A stretch of 64,000 nt of DNA from Anthoceros angustus (GCA_010909165.1 VJWM01000044.1:62001-126000); one strand, 5' to 3'. Shown: positions 12,426 to 25,795, counted from the stretch's first letter. Translations and numbers: made by a program. Notes: generated by a model not told the origin, from the sequence alone.

Positions 12426-13169
12426 GCCGGGCGCGGGATGGGAGCGGGCCCGCCCCGGCCCCGGCCCCGGCCCCCGGCCGCCGGGCTTGCTTAAATTATT
12501 TTAATTACTACCTGGGGTTCCCCTTGAGGTGCGTTACGGCCCCCCGCATGTCGCGCTCGTCAAGCATGAGGGCACCACGACCAGGCGTGGCGGAACGTGG
12601 CGGTGGCGCAACTCCGCTAACCTAATCTCGGTTTGCTCCACCGGTGACCGGCCCACCGGGTCGCGAGATTTGACTGGCGGGGGCGATCCCGATACCGCCT
12701 CCCACGCACGCTGCCCTCTCCTGTTCCTGTTGACGCTCCCTCTTCGCCTCGGTACCCATTTTGCGCTTGACCGCCTGGAAGGCCGCAGGCGACGAGGAAG
12801 AAGAGGAGCCATGTACATATGTACAAGAGTGTGAAGCGGGCCTGGGTAACCGCTTCCGCTGACACCTGCGCGCTTCCGGTACGCCCGGAAGCCCCCGTAA
12901 GTGAAGTCGCATCCTTGGACCCGAAAACAAGACCCGATGCCGATGCGGGCCTTGTACGGAAGGGCGCGCCACCGGGCCAGCCCGTGGCGCGAGTCCCGGT
13001 GACCGGATACCACCACATTTCGGGCGGGCAAGTTGGGCGGGACGGGATGAGCGGGCTTCGCGGCTTTGCCCCGGCCTGCCCGCCGCGCTTTCCGTTGTCA
13101 ACTGCCATAACTGTCTCTCCGCAAACGTCCAACGCATTTGGCGCTTCGCAGGCTCGGCGCATGGCTGCG

Positions 13170-13254
13170 GCTTGGCCTTGGCCTTGGGCTTGGGCTTGGG
13201 CTTGGGCTTGGGCTTGGGCTTGCGGCCTTGGGCTTTGAGCTTGGGGCTTGGGCA
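13170..13254. repeat. (TTGGGC)n hexamer microsatellite
   Basis: Visible run cttgggcttgggcttggg... with degenerate flanks. Confidence 0.9.
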
Positions 13255-13833
13255 AAGCGCTTTGTTTGCGGTTGAATTATTGCCCGCCTTTCGCCTTTGG
13301 CTTTGAATTCCCTTGGCATGGCCATGGGCCCGCAGTCTGCAGCTAATAAAAGCCCGCATCCCGCCTTCTTCCCCTCTCATAAACGCCTGCTGTCACAACT
13401 CCATTAAATTGGATGGGATGTCATTGCCCTATTTATCCCGATCCCATTTCGCATTCTATGTATGTACGTATCTGACAACACCGTTGCTTTTCGACATTCT
13501 AGGGCCTATGATCGCCACTTGCTTCTTACTGGGCACTCGACTGTTCACTGTTATAGCACAGTGTGGCACCTGAGTTTTTAATAGGTACTTCAAACAATAT
13601 TTACAAACATGCATCAATCATGAACACTAAGCATTCATATTTTTTTAACTCCGCTCAAATCACTTGATTCATCCCGTCAAGCTCTGGCGGCACTCTCCTT
13701 CCATCTTTCCTAGTATGTATGTACAAAAACATGGTGGTGTAGATGCTCCTCGACATACTTATACTAATATCCCCTGTGGAACACATAATACCGGAACTGA
13801 AATTGGAGCTGGAACTGTCACCTTCTGGAAAAC

Positions 13834-13936
13834 GTAACACCAAAGCTGTCAGCTAGCTTATCGATGGACCCACTTCGGGCATGTGTAACACCGAAGCTGT
13901 CAGCTAGCTTATCGATGGACCCACTTCAGGCATGTG
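13834..13936. repeat. Two-copy ~51-bp tandem repeat
   Basis: gtaacacc(a/g)aagctgtcagctagcttatcgatggacccacttc(g/a)ggcatgtg occurs twice. Confidence 0.85.
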
Positions 13937-16092
13937 GTACTCGTTGTGTATATTCAAACTTCCGGCAAACCATGTTGCTCTTCTTCTCCCATGACTGTCC
14001 TTTATCTACTCCAAATGTTGTGTATGTCCTCGACGACTCTCTCTCCTTTAGTTCCATGGGGCGGACCACAATAGTTGCGCGGCTTGCTAGTAACACAAGA
14101 ACATCGTACCTAGTCTTAATGAACTGGCCCACTGGAGGCATACGGTACTGTGAGGTTCACGTTGTCCTCGTTGCGCCGCCTGCTTGCTTGCTAGTAGTAC
14201 AGGTCTAGTCTTAATTACACGGATCAACGGCCCCACTTGAGGCATGCGGTACTAGGAGCTTCATGTTGCCTATGTCCTTTGATCAGTTAGACCGGTGTGT
14301 ACTTTACCTGCAGAACATAATGCTTGAGCCGCCGTTCCGTTCAAGAACATAATAGCTGCAAGAGCTGCGCCATCTTGTAACATCGCCTTCAATCGTGACA
14401 GAAATCCGTATTCCTCGGCCCCACTTCACGGTACGTGTAATCCGTATTCTGCGGCCCACTTCAAGTGTGTGTATTATTTAGAGCTTCACGTTCTTCATGT
14501 ACTTCGTTTGATTCACTCTGCATTTCAAACTTGAGAAATTAAGTTAAATTCAATGCATTGTACATAATTATGTGCTAGCTGGACATGATGTTGAGGCTTC
14601 CTACATTTTGAAACATTCTTGATCCCATGTCATCCAGTCCTAGCATACTCGTCACATTGTTACTTACCTTATTATGTACATGTAAGGTACTTTGCAGTCT
14701 TGTCCCTGCTCTTTGAAGGATTATTCATACTCGTCATACTCTTTGCTACTTTATTATATGTAAGGTACAATATTTGCATACTTGTCCTTGCTCTTTGAAC
14801 GATGACCTGATTCAAACTTGTGCGAACAGATGCATCTGCCATGATGTGATGTTCGGCATGCTAGCTCCGTGCTAAGTTACGAACCCAACTGCCTATAACA
14901 ATCAATTCTCTTACACTAAGTACTTGAAGTGAGATGTTACTTGCATGAAATATTGATGGTTTATGCATGTCATTGACTTTTGTTTTCCCGAATATAGAGT
15001 TTCCTGCCCCTGCCCCTACCCCCGTCTCTGGTTGCATTGGAATATCATTTTGTAGTTGTAGTTGTATAGCAACATTCTTTGATACACAAGCATGTAAAAA
15101 ATCTCCTGAAATAATAATAATATTTTTATATTTTAAAATATCTCATATTTACAAGCAAGCAAGCGACTTGAGTAGACTTTGGTAGTGTAAACACAAGCCA
15201 TTTGCATATTCCAAAACCCTTAAAAATACGGTGGTATGCTCCAAAGAGATCTAGATACATAGAGTATCCGGCGAAGAGGGAAGAGGGAAGAGGGAAGAGT
15301 AGGCAAGGCAGGGAGCAGACACGCAGGCATAGGCAGGCAGGATCCAAAGATACAACTAGTCCACCTACCCTAGCCTACCCCCGAGACAAGACAAGATACG
15401 TGAGCCCAAGATACAACTGTCCCAAATCCATATCCTCGGAGCACACCCTTCCATTGAATGCGGTTGAAGTCCAAACCGTCTCCAAAGGACAAGAGTGGAG
15501 TGGTGCCTGCCCCGAGGCCAATCACTGCAAGCTGCACTGCAGTCTGCTAGTCTACTATGCGATTCTGCTACATCCGCAATGTGAAAACAAGTCCGCCTCA
15601 TCACCACACATGTCACTTGTGGGACTGGAGTGGACTGACCGGCCACATTCGCCCGCATCCCAAGTCCCAAGTACATAGGCAGAAGAAGACTACCACCCCA
15701 AATGCCGATAACGAACGCTCTACAACTGGAATTTGGGCCCACTGCACGCTGCACTCTCCACTCTGCGCTGGTAATGGAGTTTAGGCTGCTGCCAGTGGCA
15801 GTAGGGGGTAGGACGGGGTAGGTGAAAAAGAAGGAGGTCCGGGAGTCCGGGTGCCGGAATCGCAACACGCCTCTGGCTCACGTCCCACGTCCTTGAAAGG
15901 CGCGGGCAGCGGGGAGCGGGGAGCGGGGGGCGGGAGGGGGAGGAGGAGCCCCATCTCCCATCTCCCATCTCCGACTCCGAGCCCAAAGGCGGAAAAGGAA
16001 AGGGGACGACGAGTTGCATGCGTTTGCTGGGCCCTGTTCTGGAGAGGCCTGGGCCACTTCCCACGCCGATGGCAGATGGCAGATGGCGGTGT

Positions 16093-16101
16093 CGGCACAG
16101 C

Positions 16102-16168
<67 letters not shown>
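16093..16168. repeat. (GGCACA)n hexamer microsatellite, followed by CTGCCCTA/GGGCA low-complexity repeats to ~16478
   Basis: Visible directly in the sequence. Confidence 0.9.
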
Positions 16169-16172
<4 letters not shown>

Positions 16173-18366
16173 GACGTGGGACGCTGCTCCTGGGTCGTGC
16201 AACAGTGCAGCAGGCCGCTGCACCTGCTCCTGCTCCTGCTCCCCCACATGCCACATGCTGCTGGCCTATCCCCATGCCCATGCCCTACTGCCCCAATGCC
16301 CCGCTGCCCTACTGCCCTGCTGCCCTACTGCCCTACTGCCCTGCTACCCTGCTGCCCTACTGCCCGGAGCCCCGGGCCTGCTCCTGCCCCGTTACCAAAA
16401 AACACCAAGGGAAAGGGGAGGGCCGGGACCGGGCAGCAGGGCCGGGCAGCGCAGGGCAGGGCAGGGCAGGGCAGGGCGGATGCGCAGCCTCGGATGCCAT
16501 CATGGATCCATCCATCCCCCCATCATGCCCACTTCCAACTGCCATTCCGTTATGACTTCACACGGACGACGAAAACGAAGCGTCCCGGCCCGGCCCCAAC
16601 CCATTATTACCGATGCCAATATACGCTTCATTTTCCTCCTTTCGCTCCGCCTATATTCTTGCGACCAAAGCTTCCGCCCGGCTTTCTTGCCTCCCAGCAT
16701 GTGCAAACGGGTGTCAGAAAGCCTATCTATGCACACACACACACGAGCCTATATACCTTGGAAACCAAAGCCTGTCTCTGCCATGGTATCTGCCAACAAA
16801 TGCACACAGTCTCTGTCACTTACTCTGCCTTCTCTTTTCTGCCAGGGCGCAGCTCCTCGATGTTGCTACCTTTCCTGTGCTTTCCTTGCCCCTTTTTTGT
16901 GAGATGCACGTTCTAAAGGTAACCCCCGCTGCCCGCAGTCACTGGCCTCCACAGGATAAGTGTTGCACTATGGAGGGACGCTATTCCCGTACTGGCTAAC
17001 ACTTCTATGGAACAAAGATGCTTCCAACCTCCCTTTTCCCCTTGTGATAGGCCCCGCCATACCCTTCTCTCTGCTTTGGAGCATCTTCGGATTAGCCCGC
17101 TTGTTCATCGGCACCAATATGGGACACCTTTTCTGCCATTGGAAAACAAGACAAGCTACTCTTCAATACGGAACACCTCTTTTGGCATTGGAAACTGAAC
17201 AAGCCATCTTTGAAGAACACTCCCTTTCACTTCATCACCTGCTCTAGGGTCTAGGTGTTATGATATCCTGCTATCTTGACATCACGTATTCAAACAGAAC
17301 GCTGCTTCGGCACGCTTACCGTTCTCCAGTCTTGCCAAGTCCGTTTTCTACACGCCAACGAGATGTGTGCGCAAGACGTTGTACAATTATCATCTGCTCT
17401 TTCCATACTCATGCCGCCTAGGCCAAACTTGACTGCATGAGAGTCCGGCACTCTCAAGAGTCCGCCGACTTTTGGTCCCACGCTGCCTTTGTCTGCCTTT
17501 CACAAACTTTTTCCCTCACCAGTTTCGAGCTGCTGCACTTTAGGCTTTCTTGGCCACACATAAGCCATTCCTTTGGCAAAAGCGAATTGCAGCACACCAG
17601 TGCACATGTGCAATGCCAGCAAATCACATGATCGTGCATTGCTTCGATTTGGGAGCGGAATTTGGACCCACAGAAATAGTCGCATTTCCATAGGCTGCCA
17701 AAGCCTACATGCTTAACAGCCTCCCCTGTCTTCCATGCTTTGCCGTGCTCACCAGCGACCTTCCAGGCTGCTGTCAGTAGATGCTCTCCAGTTGAAAGAA
17801 AAACAGGGCATTCGCTGTTTCACAACAATCTCGTTGATGCCAGGAACCAGCTACACGCTACACAGGGCAAAGGCGACCCCATGTTGCAACTGTATGCCGT
17901 CTCAACGTGAGAGTAATTAATCGGAGTAAAACGGAAATTTTTGACGCAGCGATGGATGTCCTTTGTGCCCACCATGGCGCGCCATCGTTCCGGAGCTTAT
18001 CCGTTCTGGCTTCCCACGCATGCCCTTGGATCTTGAACTTCGGAAACGGGAAGCGAAGGCCTCATTCGGTAACTTTCGACCTTCCGCCTGCACAATCGGG
18101 TGATTTCCGATCAATCGTCACAAATTCTTGGCCTTCCTATCCTTCTGCTTCTGGGACTGTTTCTTGGTCAGCTCGGTTCTGGGTGTGCGATCCTTCTAAT
18201 CAAGCTCACTGCATGGCGAATCTAACTGGTTGTTGCAATCCAAACTCCTCCTGCTGGAACCCCAGCAGCACATCAGGTCCAAGCTACGGCCTTGCCGGGG
18301 GACACTGGTGGTGGGGTTCGGGTGAAATCTCAGCTTCACCGGTCGTAGAATCTTAGATCCCTCAGG

Positions 18367-21300
18367 ATGGATGCCCGGCCGGGATGCAGCTACTGTGGTT
18401 GTCTACCGCACTCCACCATCGTCACCGTGGAAGGTGCATTGCGGACTGCGGGGTCGGAGGGGCGCACTCCTGTAATCGTATATTATGAAGCCCGCTGGAC
18501 CAGGACCAGACGCCGGATCTTGCAAGGGGTCACATTGCTGCTGCTCTTCATCTTTGCATCGCTGGCCATCAACAGTCAGTCCCACACAGAGTCCAACGCC
18601 TTGCCCTACCAAGGTCTTACTTTGACGGTGGATGCCAAACATGCAGGCCGAGCCATTCCTTCTACATTATTTGGTGTCTTCTTTGAGGTTAGTTCACAAT
18701 GCTGCATGCTCTCCTGACAAGAGTCCACTTCTGAATTGTCCATTTCCAAGCGCATGTTGTCAGCTCCATGTCAACCCCGTGCTATGAATTCTGCGATCAG
18801 GAAATAAATCATGCTGGAGCTGGTGGCATCTGGGCTGAGCTTGTAAGCAATCGCGGTAATGCCATGAGCTCCGTCCATGTTCTTCTTGTTGCACACTCCT
18901 CATTGGCTCCTTGACCCACATTCTTTTCCTTGTGCATTTTTGTATATGAAAAGGCTTCGAGGCAGGTGGTCCAAGCACTCCATCTAACATAGCTCCCTGG
19001 TACCCGGTTGGGGATGGAACAAAAGTAGCGTTAGCGACTGAAAGGGCATCATGCTTCGAACGCAACCCGGTGGCATTGCGAATTGATATCCTATGCAGCA
19101 GAGTTGGCTCAAACATGTGCCCTGAAGGTGGAGCAGGTGTCGCAAACCCAGGGTTTTGGGGCATGGTACGACCACCTGTTCATTGTGCTTACTGCCATGT
19201 TCACAATCTTGAGCTTCTGATAAAGAGCTTGCCACTTAGGACATATTTGCCGGCAACAAATACAGAGTTGTCCTTTGGCTGCTCTCCAAAGCTGCTGTCA
19301 GCCTGTCCATTGCTTTCACCTCGTCCAATGGGCTACAGACTCTAGCACAGGAGGACCTCGTGTAAGTCACTCATTTTTACTTTTCTCGTTCTGTGCAAAA
19401 TATAAGTCACTGATGGTGGCTGGCATACATCAGTTCCACAGTGTTCCTAGTGTGGTGTTTATTTCGGAGTATCTAATACTTGTTCGTGAACGGTGTATAG
19501 TGTGGGCAGCTCAACAGCAAGCAAATGGAATAGGCACGAACTTACTCTAACAGCTTCAGCAACTGACCATGAAGCGAGGCTTGTCGTGCTTAGTAGTGAC
19601 GAAGGAACTTTTTGGCTGGATCAAGTCTCAGCCATGCCCGTTAACACCTACAAGGTTGGAGTTGTCTGATTCCAGCTCTTAGCATCTGTAATTCTAGAAT
19701 AGCTCAGAGTGGTCATGAAGTGTAGGCAGCACTTGTGTAAAGAGACAGACACTTCCACCCCTTCCACACCCCTTCCACTGACACTTTCTGTCTTGGCAGG
19801 GACATGGTTTTCGGAAGGAACTTGCTGTGATGCTTGAAGATTTAAATCCTGGCTTTTTTCGATTTCCAGGTGTTGCAAATGACACCATCCTTCTTACTGA
19901 GGTGTCTTCTAACTTGTCAACCATGAAGTGATCAAGTGAAACACCTTCTAATCGAAGCTTGCACTGTGGCACCAGGTGGGTGTTATGTCGAAGGAGGTAG
20001 ACTAATAAATGCTTGGCGCTGGCGGGAAACCGTGGGACCCTGGCAAGAAAGACCTGGCCACTTTGGAGATGTGTGGAATTACTGGTCAGACGATGGGCTT
20101 GGGTACTTTGAGTATTTGCAGGTATTCCCGGTGACACCCAGGAAGTTGGGACACATATCTTGACCAGTTAGTGTGCCTAGTTATCTATTCTCGGCAGGGT
20201 TGCAACTTTCTATCACATGCTTGACATACTCCGTTCCTGCAGCTAGCAGAGGACTTAGGTGCCTCACCGGTTTGGGTTCTCAACAGCGGTATTGTCCCTT
20301 CACCCGGAATGATGAATGTGGCAAAGACTGCTCGACAATGCCAGCGGTTCGGATGTCACTGATGCCTTGCATTTGCAGGTATCAGTCATGGCGATGAGGT
20401 TCCAACGTCACTCATAGCGCCGTTCATCGAGGTATTAGTTTCGTGTTCTCCTCTTTCGCCGTGAACATTTGGGAGCAGACCAATCAAGTTTCCTGTCTGT
20501 CTAACCAGGACACACTTGATGGAATTGAGTTTGCGAGAGGAGCTGTGACCAGTCAATGGGGTTCGTTACGTGCATCTATGGGTCATCCAGACCCGTTTCC
20601 ACTTCACCATATTGCGATAGGCAATGAGGATTGTGGCAGGCTCAACTATCGAGGTGAATCCGTTGACCTATTCTCGGCGTATGTCATGTTTTGATGTTTG
20701 AGTAATAATTTTCGGGGTTAACGAGACACACCATTCTTAGGCAACTACCTGGAGTTCTATAGAGCTATCAAGGCCAAATATCCGGATATTGGCCTGATTT
20801 CCAACTGCGATGCCACTTCAAAACCTCTGGACCATCCTGCCGATCTGTATGACTTTCATGTAAAGGAGTTACCCCTTCTGGCTGCTGCATTGTTACATAT
20901 CTGTCAGCCTCTAATACGCACGGGTTTACGGCCAGGTGTATACATCTGCGAGTAATTTATTTACCATGACTCATCAATTCGATCATACCTCGAGAGTAGG
21001 ACCTAAGGTACTGGGCCAACAATGATTGTTATGTGATGAAGCATTGCCTCTTGACGAGGTCACTTGGCACGAGCCTTACGGTGTGCATGGTACATACAAC
21101 GCAGGTATTTGTTAGTGAGTATGCTGTCGTTGGGGAGGATTCTGGGACGGGCACCTTACGAGCAGCCCTTGCAGAAGCAGCATTTATGATAGGGTTGGAG
21201 CTAAACAGGTCAGTCAGAAAGCTGCAAACGCTAAAGGTGTCAGGAGAACATGCAGTGGGCTAATAATGGTAAGAAACTTACTTTTCCATGCTTCCATGCC

Positions 21301-22161
21301 TTGCAGTGATGTTGTGGAGATGGCAAGCTATGCACCTCTGTTTGTAAATGATCATGACAGGAGGTACCCTTGAAACTCAAACGTTCAGTTACACTCCTTT
21401 GGTTGTAAGAACTGGTTAATTCTATCTGTAGTTCCACATATATGTCAAGTTTGGTTGTCTTCAGAATTGCTTCACTTGCCAATATGACTACAGGTGGAAT
21501 CCAGATGCCATTGTTTTCAACTCTTGGCAGCAATATGGTACTCCTAGCTATTGGGTGCAGCAACTGTTCCGGCATTCAAATGGAGCACAGCTGCTTCCGT
21601 TTTCTTTGGAAGCAGGGGCTACCAGCAGTGGAGCGTCAGCCATTGTGGGCTCAGTTGTTCGAAGGCATAGTGTTCGAGATCTAACAGATTTTCTAGTAAT
21701 AAAGGTAAGCTCGCTTTCTACCGAGTAGATTGACCGACTTGTTATGTTGTTTAAACATCTTACATCGTCTGTTGGCATGCAGATTGTCAACTTTGGGAAG
21801 GATGTCTTGCCAATTCGTATAGAGGTTGAAAATTTGCAGACTCACGGGTTGCTCTCAGCTGCCTCAACTGTGACTATTCTTTCCTCAGGGGATGTCATGG
21901 ATGAGAACTCCTTCAGAGAGCCAGACAAGGTAGAAAGCGAGTGACTTAAGCCATCAATATAAGAGCTCGGATCTGGTGTTTGCACGTTACTTGAAGCCTT
22001 CGTGCTTTGTTATGCAGGTCGCGCCACAACAAAGCAAGATCGCTAATCTGAGTACAGAGACGGAATGGCTTCTGCCCGCACATTCCTTCTTTACCCTAGA
22101 TTTGCAATTGAGCAATCTCTTATGTGTGAATTCAACCGAGGAAGTTGTGACAGGAGGATAG
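18367..22161 (+). CDS. Alpha-L-arabinofuranosidase, GH51 (plant ASD-like), multi-exon
   Basis: Exons encode IPSTLFGVFFE|EINHAGAGGIWAELVSNR|GFEAGGPSTPSNI, GVANPGFWGM, WLDQVSAMP, GHGFRKEL...PGFFRFP|GGCYVEG, RPGHFGDVWNYWSDDGLGYFEYLQ, IAIGNEDCG (acid/base Glu), FVSEYAV (nucleophile Glu), MASYAPLFVN, WNPDAIVF, MDENSF. Confidence 0.95.
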
Positions 22162-22513
22162 GCTGGCCTGTGAAGCTAATTTTGGTTTTCACACTGGTAA
22201 CCTCCCGCCGAGGTCTCAAGTTCTCAACTTTCCGGGCGTCCAATAACTGGTAACGGTTGGTAATTTATCCCTTCTTTAGATAGTGAGCAAGCTCTCATTT
22301 CTGAGGAGGTCCTCAACAGCGTTTTCTAGTTGTTTGTGAAACGGACACCATTGAATTGTGTCCATAGCTGCACATTTGTTGACGCAAGGGAAGAAATTTC
22401 CAATAGCCGTCCATCCGATGCCACTGGTGGGGCTACTGTACAATTTCAATGCACTGGATCCGTGTGATTATTATAAACTAGTTGAGATCACTTAACAATC
22501 GAGTGTACACAGA

Positions 22514-25500
22514 CTAGTTTCTTTTGTATGCTACAAGTCCATTTCGGATGGTGGATGTCATCGACTTCAATCTGGCATATATCTGTTTCCTCTCCGGGTG
22601 CTCCTTATCTTCTACCACAAAATAGTGCAGTTGGCTCTCGAATTCCATCCAGGTACGACCGGGTTCCTTCTCAACACCTCTATCCTCCACGAGTTTTCTT
22701 AACTCTGCGTGGTCCTTCCATAGGCCAGCTCCTGCATAGATGTTTGACATCATGCAATATGCAGCTGAGAGAGTGGGATCAAGTCTTAGTACATTGTCAA
22801 ATGCAAGTTCTCCTTGCTCCACGTTACCATGGATCTGACAACCTGCAAGCAGAGAAAGCCACACAATGGCGTCGGGCAGAAATGGCATTCTCTGTACAAG
22901 CTTTACAGCCTCACAAAGATGACCAGCACGACCAAGGAGATCTACCATGCATGTGTAGTGCTCCATGTCAGGGAGGATGCCAAATTCTGCAGACATAGAT
23001 TGCAGCAGCAAGTCCGCCTCCCTAATCAGACCGCCATGACTACATGCTTGTAGTAGGCATAGGAAGGTAACTCTGTCTGGTTGAACTCCTTCCTGTAGCA
23101 TCCTGTTAAAGAACTGCAGGGCAATTCTGGCACTCCCGTCCTGAGAGTATCCTGCAATCATCGCATTCCATGACGCAAGGGCTCTCTTAGGCAGTCTGTT
23201 AAACACTTTGCTTGCATCCGGAATGCTCCCACATTTTGCAAACATGTCAACTATACAGTTGCCAAGATAGAGCTTACACTCTAAACCTCTCCGCAAAATC
23301 TGTGCATGAAGCAGCTTGCCTTGATTCAATGCTGCCAAACCTGAACATGCCTTAAGCATGCTGATGAAAGTGATTTCGTCTGGTTGAATGCCCTCCTCCT
23401 GCATTGCTTCGAACAGTTGAATACAACGGTCATACTCACTGTTTTGCATATGTGCAGCAATTATAGCATTCCATGAAACCAGATCCCTGCCAGTAAGCTT
23501 GTGAAAGACGGCGTACGCATCCTTCAGGTTTCCACACTTGGTATACATGTCAATCAGTGAATTGGCAAGCACAACATCCGACTCCAAGCCACATCCTATG
23601 ATGCAAGCGTGAACTAGCTTTCCCTGATCTAAAGCTCCAAGATTGGAACATGCGTTCAAAACGATGATTAGAGTGCCCTCATCCATGGCAATGTCCTCCT
23701 GCTCCATTTCCTGAAATAGTGCTAGTGCTTCCTGACTGCAACCATGCTGGGCATATCCTCCAATCATAACATTCCACAAACCTACATCTTTCGTTTCCAA
23801 GCTACTAAATACTCTGTGGGCATCCTCCAAACTCCCACATTTGCAGTACATGGTTATGGTGCCTCTCATAATCTCATTTGACGCAAAACACGCCTCCAAA
23901 CAGCAGCTATGGAGGATTCTGCCAAGCTCTAGTGCAGCCTCGCTGGCACATGCTTTCAAAATGCTGACAAGCGTGACCAAGTCTGGCTGAAAACTTTCCT
24001 GAGACATTTTCAAGAAAAGATCAAGAGCTTCCTGACCAAAACCATGCTGGGTGTATCCTGCAATCATTGCATTCCACACCACCAGGTTTTTGGAAGATAT
24101 TCTATCAAACACTCCCCGGGCAATGTCTAAATTCCCACAACTGGCATACATGTTGATCAAGGCGCTGCAAATAAACGCATCGGACTCAAGACCTGGCACA
24201 GTTATCCCAGCATGAAGTAGCCTTCCTTGGTCCAGGGCTGCTAGACCAGAACATGCTTGAAGTACGCTTACAAGGGTGACCTTGTCTGGCTGCATCCTTT
24301 CCTGATGCATTTCATGCACCAGTTGAAGTGCCTTCAAACTGGCTCCATGTCGTGCATAGCCCGCAATCAATGCATTCCACGACACAGAATTCCTTCTCTC
24401 CAATCTATCAAAAACTCTTTGAGCGTCCTCCAGGCTCCCACACTTCGAATACAAGTCAAGGAGGGTGCTGCTTAAAACTATGTCCGACTCAAGCCCCTTC
24501 GCCATGATCTGGACATGTACCAGCTTGCCGTGATTGAGATCTGCTGCTTTGGAGCACGCCTTGAGAATACTGAGAAATGTTACCCTGTTAGCCTCCATCC
24601 CTTGCTGTTGCAATTGGTGGAAGAGTACAAGGGCTGCGTGAACTTCTCCATTGTGGGCATACCCTGCAATCATGGCATTCCAAGTTACCAACGTTTTTGT
24701 GGCCAATCTGTCAAAAATACAACGTGCATCCTCCATGCTGGCACATTTGGAATACATATCAATCAGCGTGCTGCCAACAAATTCTTGTGACTCAAAACCA
24801 CGTTCCATAATCTGAGCGTGTACCAGCTTTCCTCGGTCTAGGGCTACTCGACTGGAACAAGCTTTCAGAAGGCTGACGAAAGTAACGGTGTCTGGCACCA
24901 CGCCGTGCTGCTGCATCTGGTGAAAAAGCAAGAATGCAACTCGATCATCTCCACAGTGGGCGTAGCCTGAAATCATGACATTCCATGTCACCAAACTTTT
25001 GGTCAACAATCTGTCAAACACTTTGCGTGCATCTTCTAGGTCCCCACACTTTGCATACATATCAATCAAAGTGGTGGCGATGAATACATCTGACCCAAAA
25101 CCACCCTCAATAACGTGAGTATGGAGCAGCTTGCCCTGCTGTAAGGCACCTAACCTGGAACATGCTTTGAGAAGGCTCACCAGGGCAATCTGGCTTGGGA
25201 GTTTACTCTCGAGGTGCATTTGCTGGTATAGGCGGATGGCAACCCAGCCATCTCCATGCTCAGCATATCCCACAATTAGAGCACTCCAAGACATTGGGTC
25301 TCTCTCTGTCAGCCTGTCAAAAACTGACTGGGCTGCCTCCAGGCTTCCACAGGAGGCATACATGTCAATGAGGGCGCTGTTAACCCACGGGTTGGAGTGC
25401 AACCTGTATTTCATCAAGTGGGAGTGAGCATTCTGTCCTGCTGCCAGAGCCCCTGCAGCCGCGCAAGCTTTCAAGTCGGCCACAATTTCGCTCACACTAA

Positions 25501-25795
25501 CACCCTCAGGCCGCAAATCCAAATCGCTGTGGAGCTCCACAGCTTGGTCAGCCATGTCGTGCTTGAGCTTAGCTGACATGGTTTCAGTAGGATGCCCCTT
25601 CTGTGGAGCCTGGTTGTTACCCTCCCAGCTTCCGCAACTAGACGACATACGGAGGAGGTTATTCCCCGAAGACGACCTGAACCCACAGGCTCCATCACCA
25701 AGCCACTTGCCAGCTGAAAGCTCTTTCTTTCCCGTGCCCTCCTGCAGAAAGTTGAAGAGCACTTTGGCAGTAACACAAATTTCTCGCCAGCCCAT
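22514..25795 (-). CDS. PLS-class pentatricopeptide repeat protein, E/E+ subgroup (no DYW), intronless; probable organellar RNA-editing specificity factor
   Basis: Eight repeats of the 'LIDMYxKCG...SWNAMIxGY...TFVSLLKACS' triplet; then HYTCMVDLLGRAG, E motifs PDAIVWLSLLAGCQIHGN and AAYCMMSNIYA, PG-box KEPGRTW and E+ HPERKQIY, then stop. The exact start Met is uncertain. Confidence 0.95.
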   Translation of the reverse strand: MGWREICVTAKVLFNFLQEGTGKKELSAGKWLGDGACGFRSSSGNNLLRMSSSCGSWEGNNQAPQKGHPTETMSAKLKHDMADQAVELHSDLDLRPEGVSVSEIVADLKACAAAGALAAGQNAHSHLMKYRLHSNPWVNSALIDMYASCGSLEAAQSVFDRLTERDPMSWSALIVGYAEHGDGWVAIRLYQQMHLESKLPSQIALVSLLKACSRLGALQQGKLLHTHVIEGGFGSDVFIATTLIDMYAKCGDLEDARKVFDRLLTKSLVTWNVMISGYAHCGDDRVAFLLFHQMQQHGVVPDTVTFVSLLKACSSRVALDRGKLVHAQIMERGFESQEFVGSTLIDMYSKCASMEDARCIFDRLATKTLVTWNAMIAGYAHNGEVHAALVLFHQLQQQGMEANRVTFLSILKACSKAADLNHGKLVHVQIMAKGLESDIVLSSTLLDLYSKCGSLEDAQRVFDRLERRNSVSWNALIAGYARHGASLKALQLVHEMHQERMQPDKVTLVSVLQACSGLAALDQGRLLHAGITVPGLESDAFICSALINMYASCGNLDIARGVFDRISSKNLVVWNAMIAGYTQHGFGQEALDLFLKMSQESFQPDLVTLVSILKACASEAALELGRILHSCCLEACFASNEIMRGTITMYCKCGSLEDAHRVFSSLETKDVGLWNVMIGGYAQHGCSQEALALFQEMEQEDIAMDEGTLIIVLNACSNLGALDQGKLVHACIIGCGLESDVVLANSLIDMYTKCGNLKDAYAVFHKLTGRDLVSWNAIIAAHMQNSEYDRCIQLFEAMQEEGIQPDEITFISMLKACSGLAALNQGKLLHAQILRRGLECKLYLGNCIVDMFAKCGSIPDASKVFNRLPKRALASWNAMIAGYSQDGSARIALQFFNRMLQEGVQPDRVTFLCLLQACSHGGLIREADLLLQSMSAEFGILPDMEHYTCMVDLLGRAGHLCEAVKLVQRMPFLPDAIVWLSLLAGCQIHGNVEQGELAFDNVLRLDPTLSAAYCMMSNIYAGAGLWKDHAELRKLVEDRGVEKEPGRTWMEFESQLHYFVVEDKEHPERKQIYARLKSMTSTIRNGLVAYKRN

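Noticed and set aside
12534-13380. ORFs with QA/KP/SP/WA dipeptide runs
   Set aside because: Translation of a stop-free hexamer microsatellite in GC-rich DNA.
15179-15187. TTGGTAGTG as a possible CACTA right end
   Set aside because: No matching left TIR found.
15720-16916. ORFs with HR/AQ/GT/VP/CL runs, up to 300 aa
   Set aside because: Artefacts of (GGCACA)n and CTGCC repeats, open in all frames.
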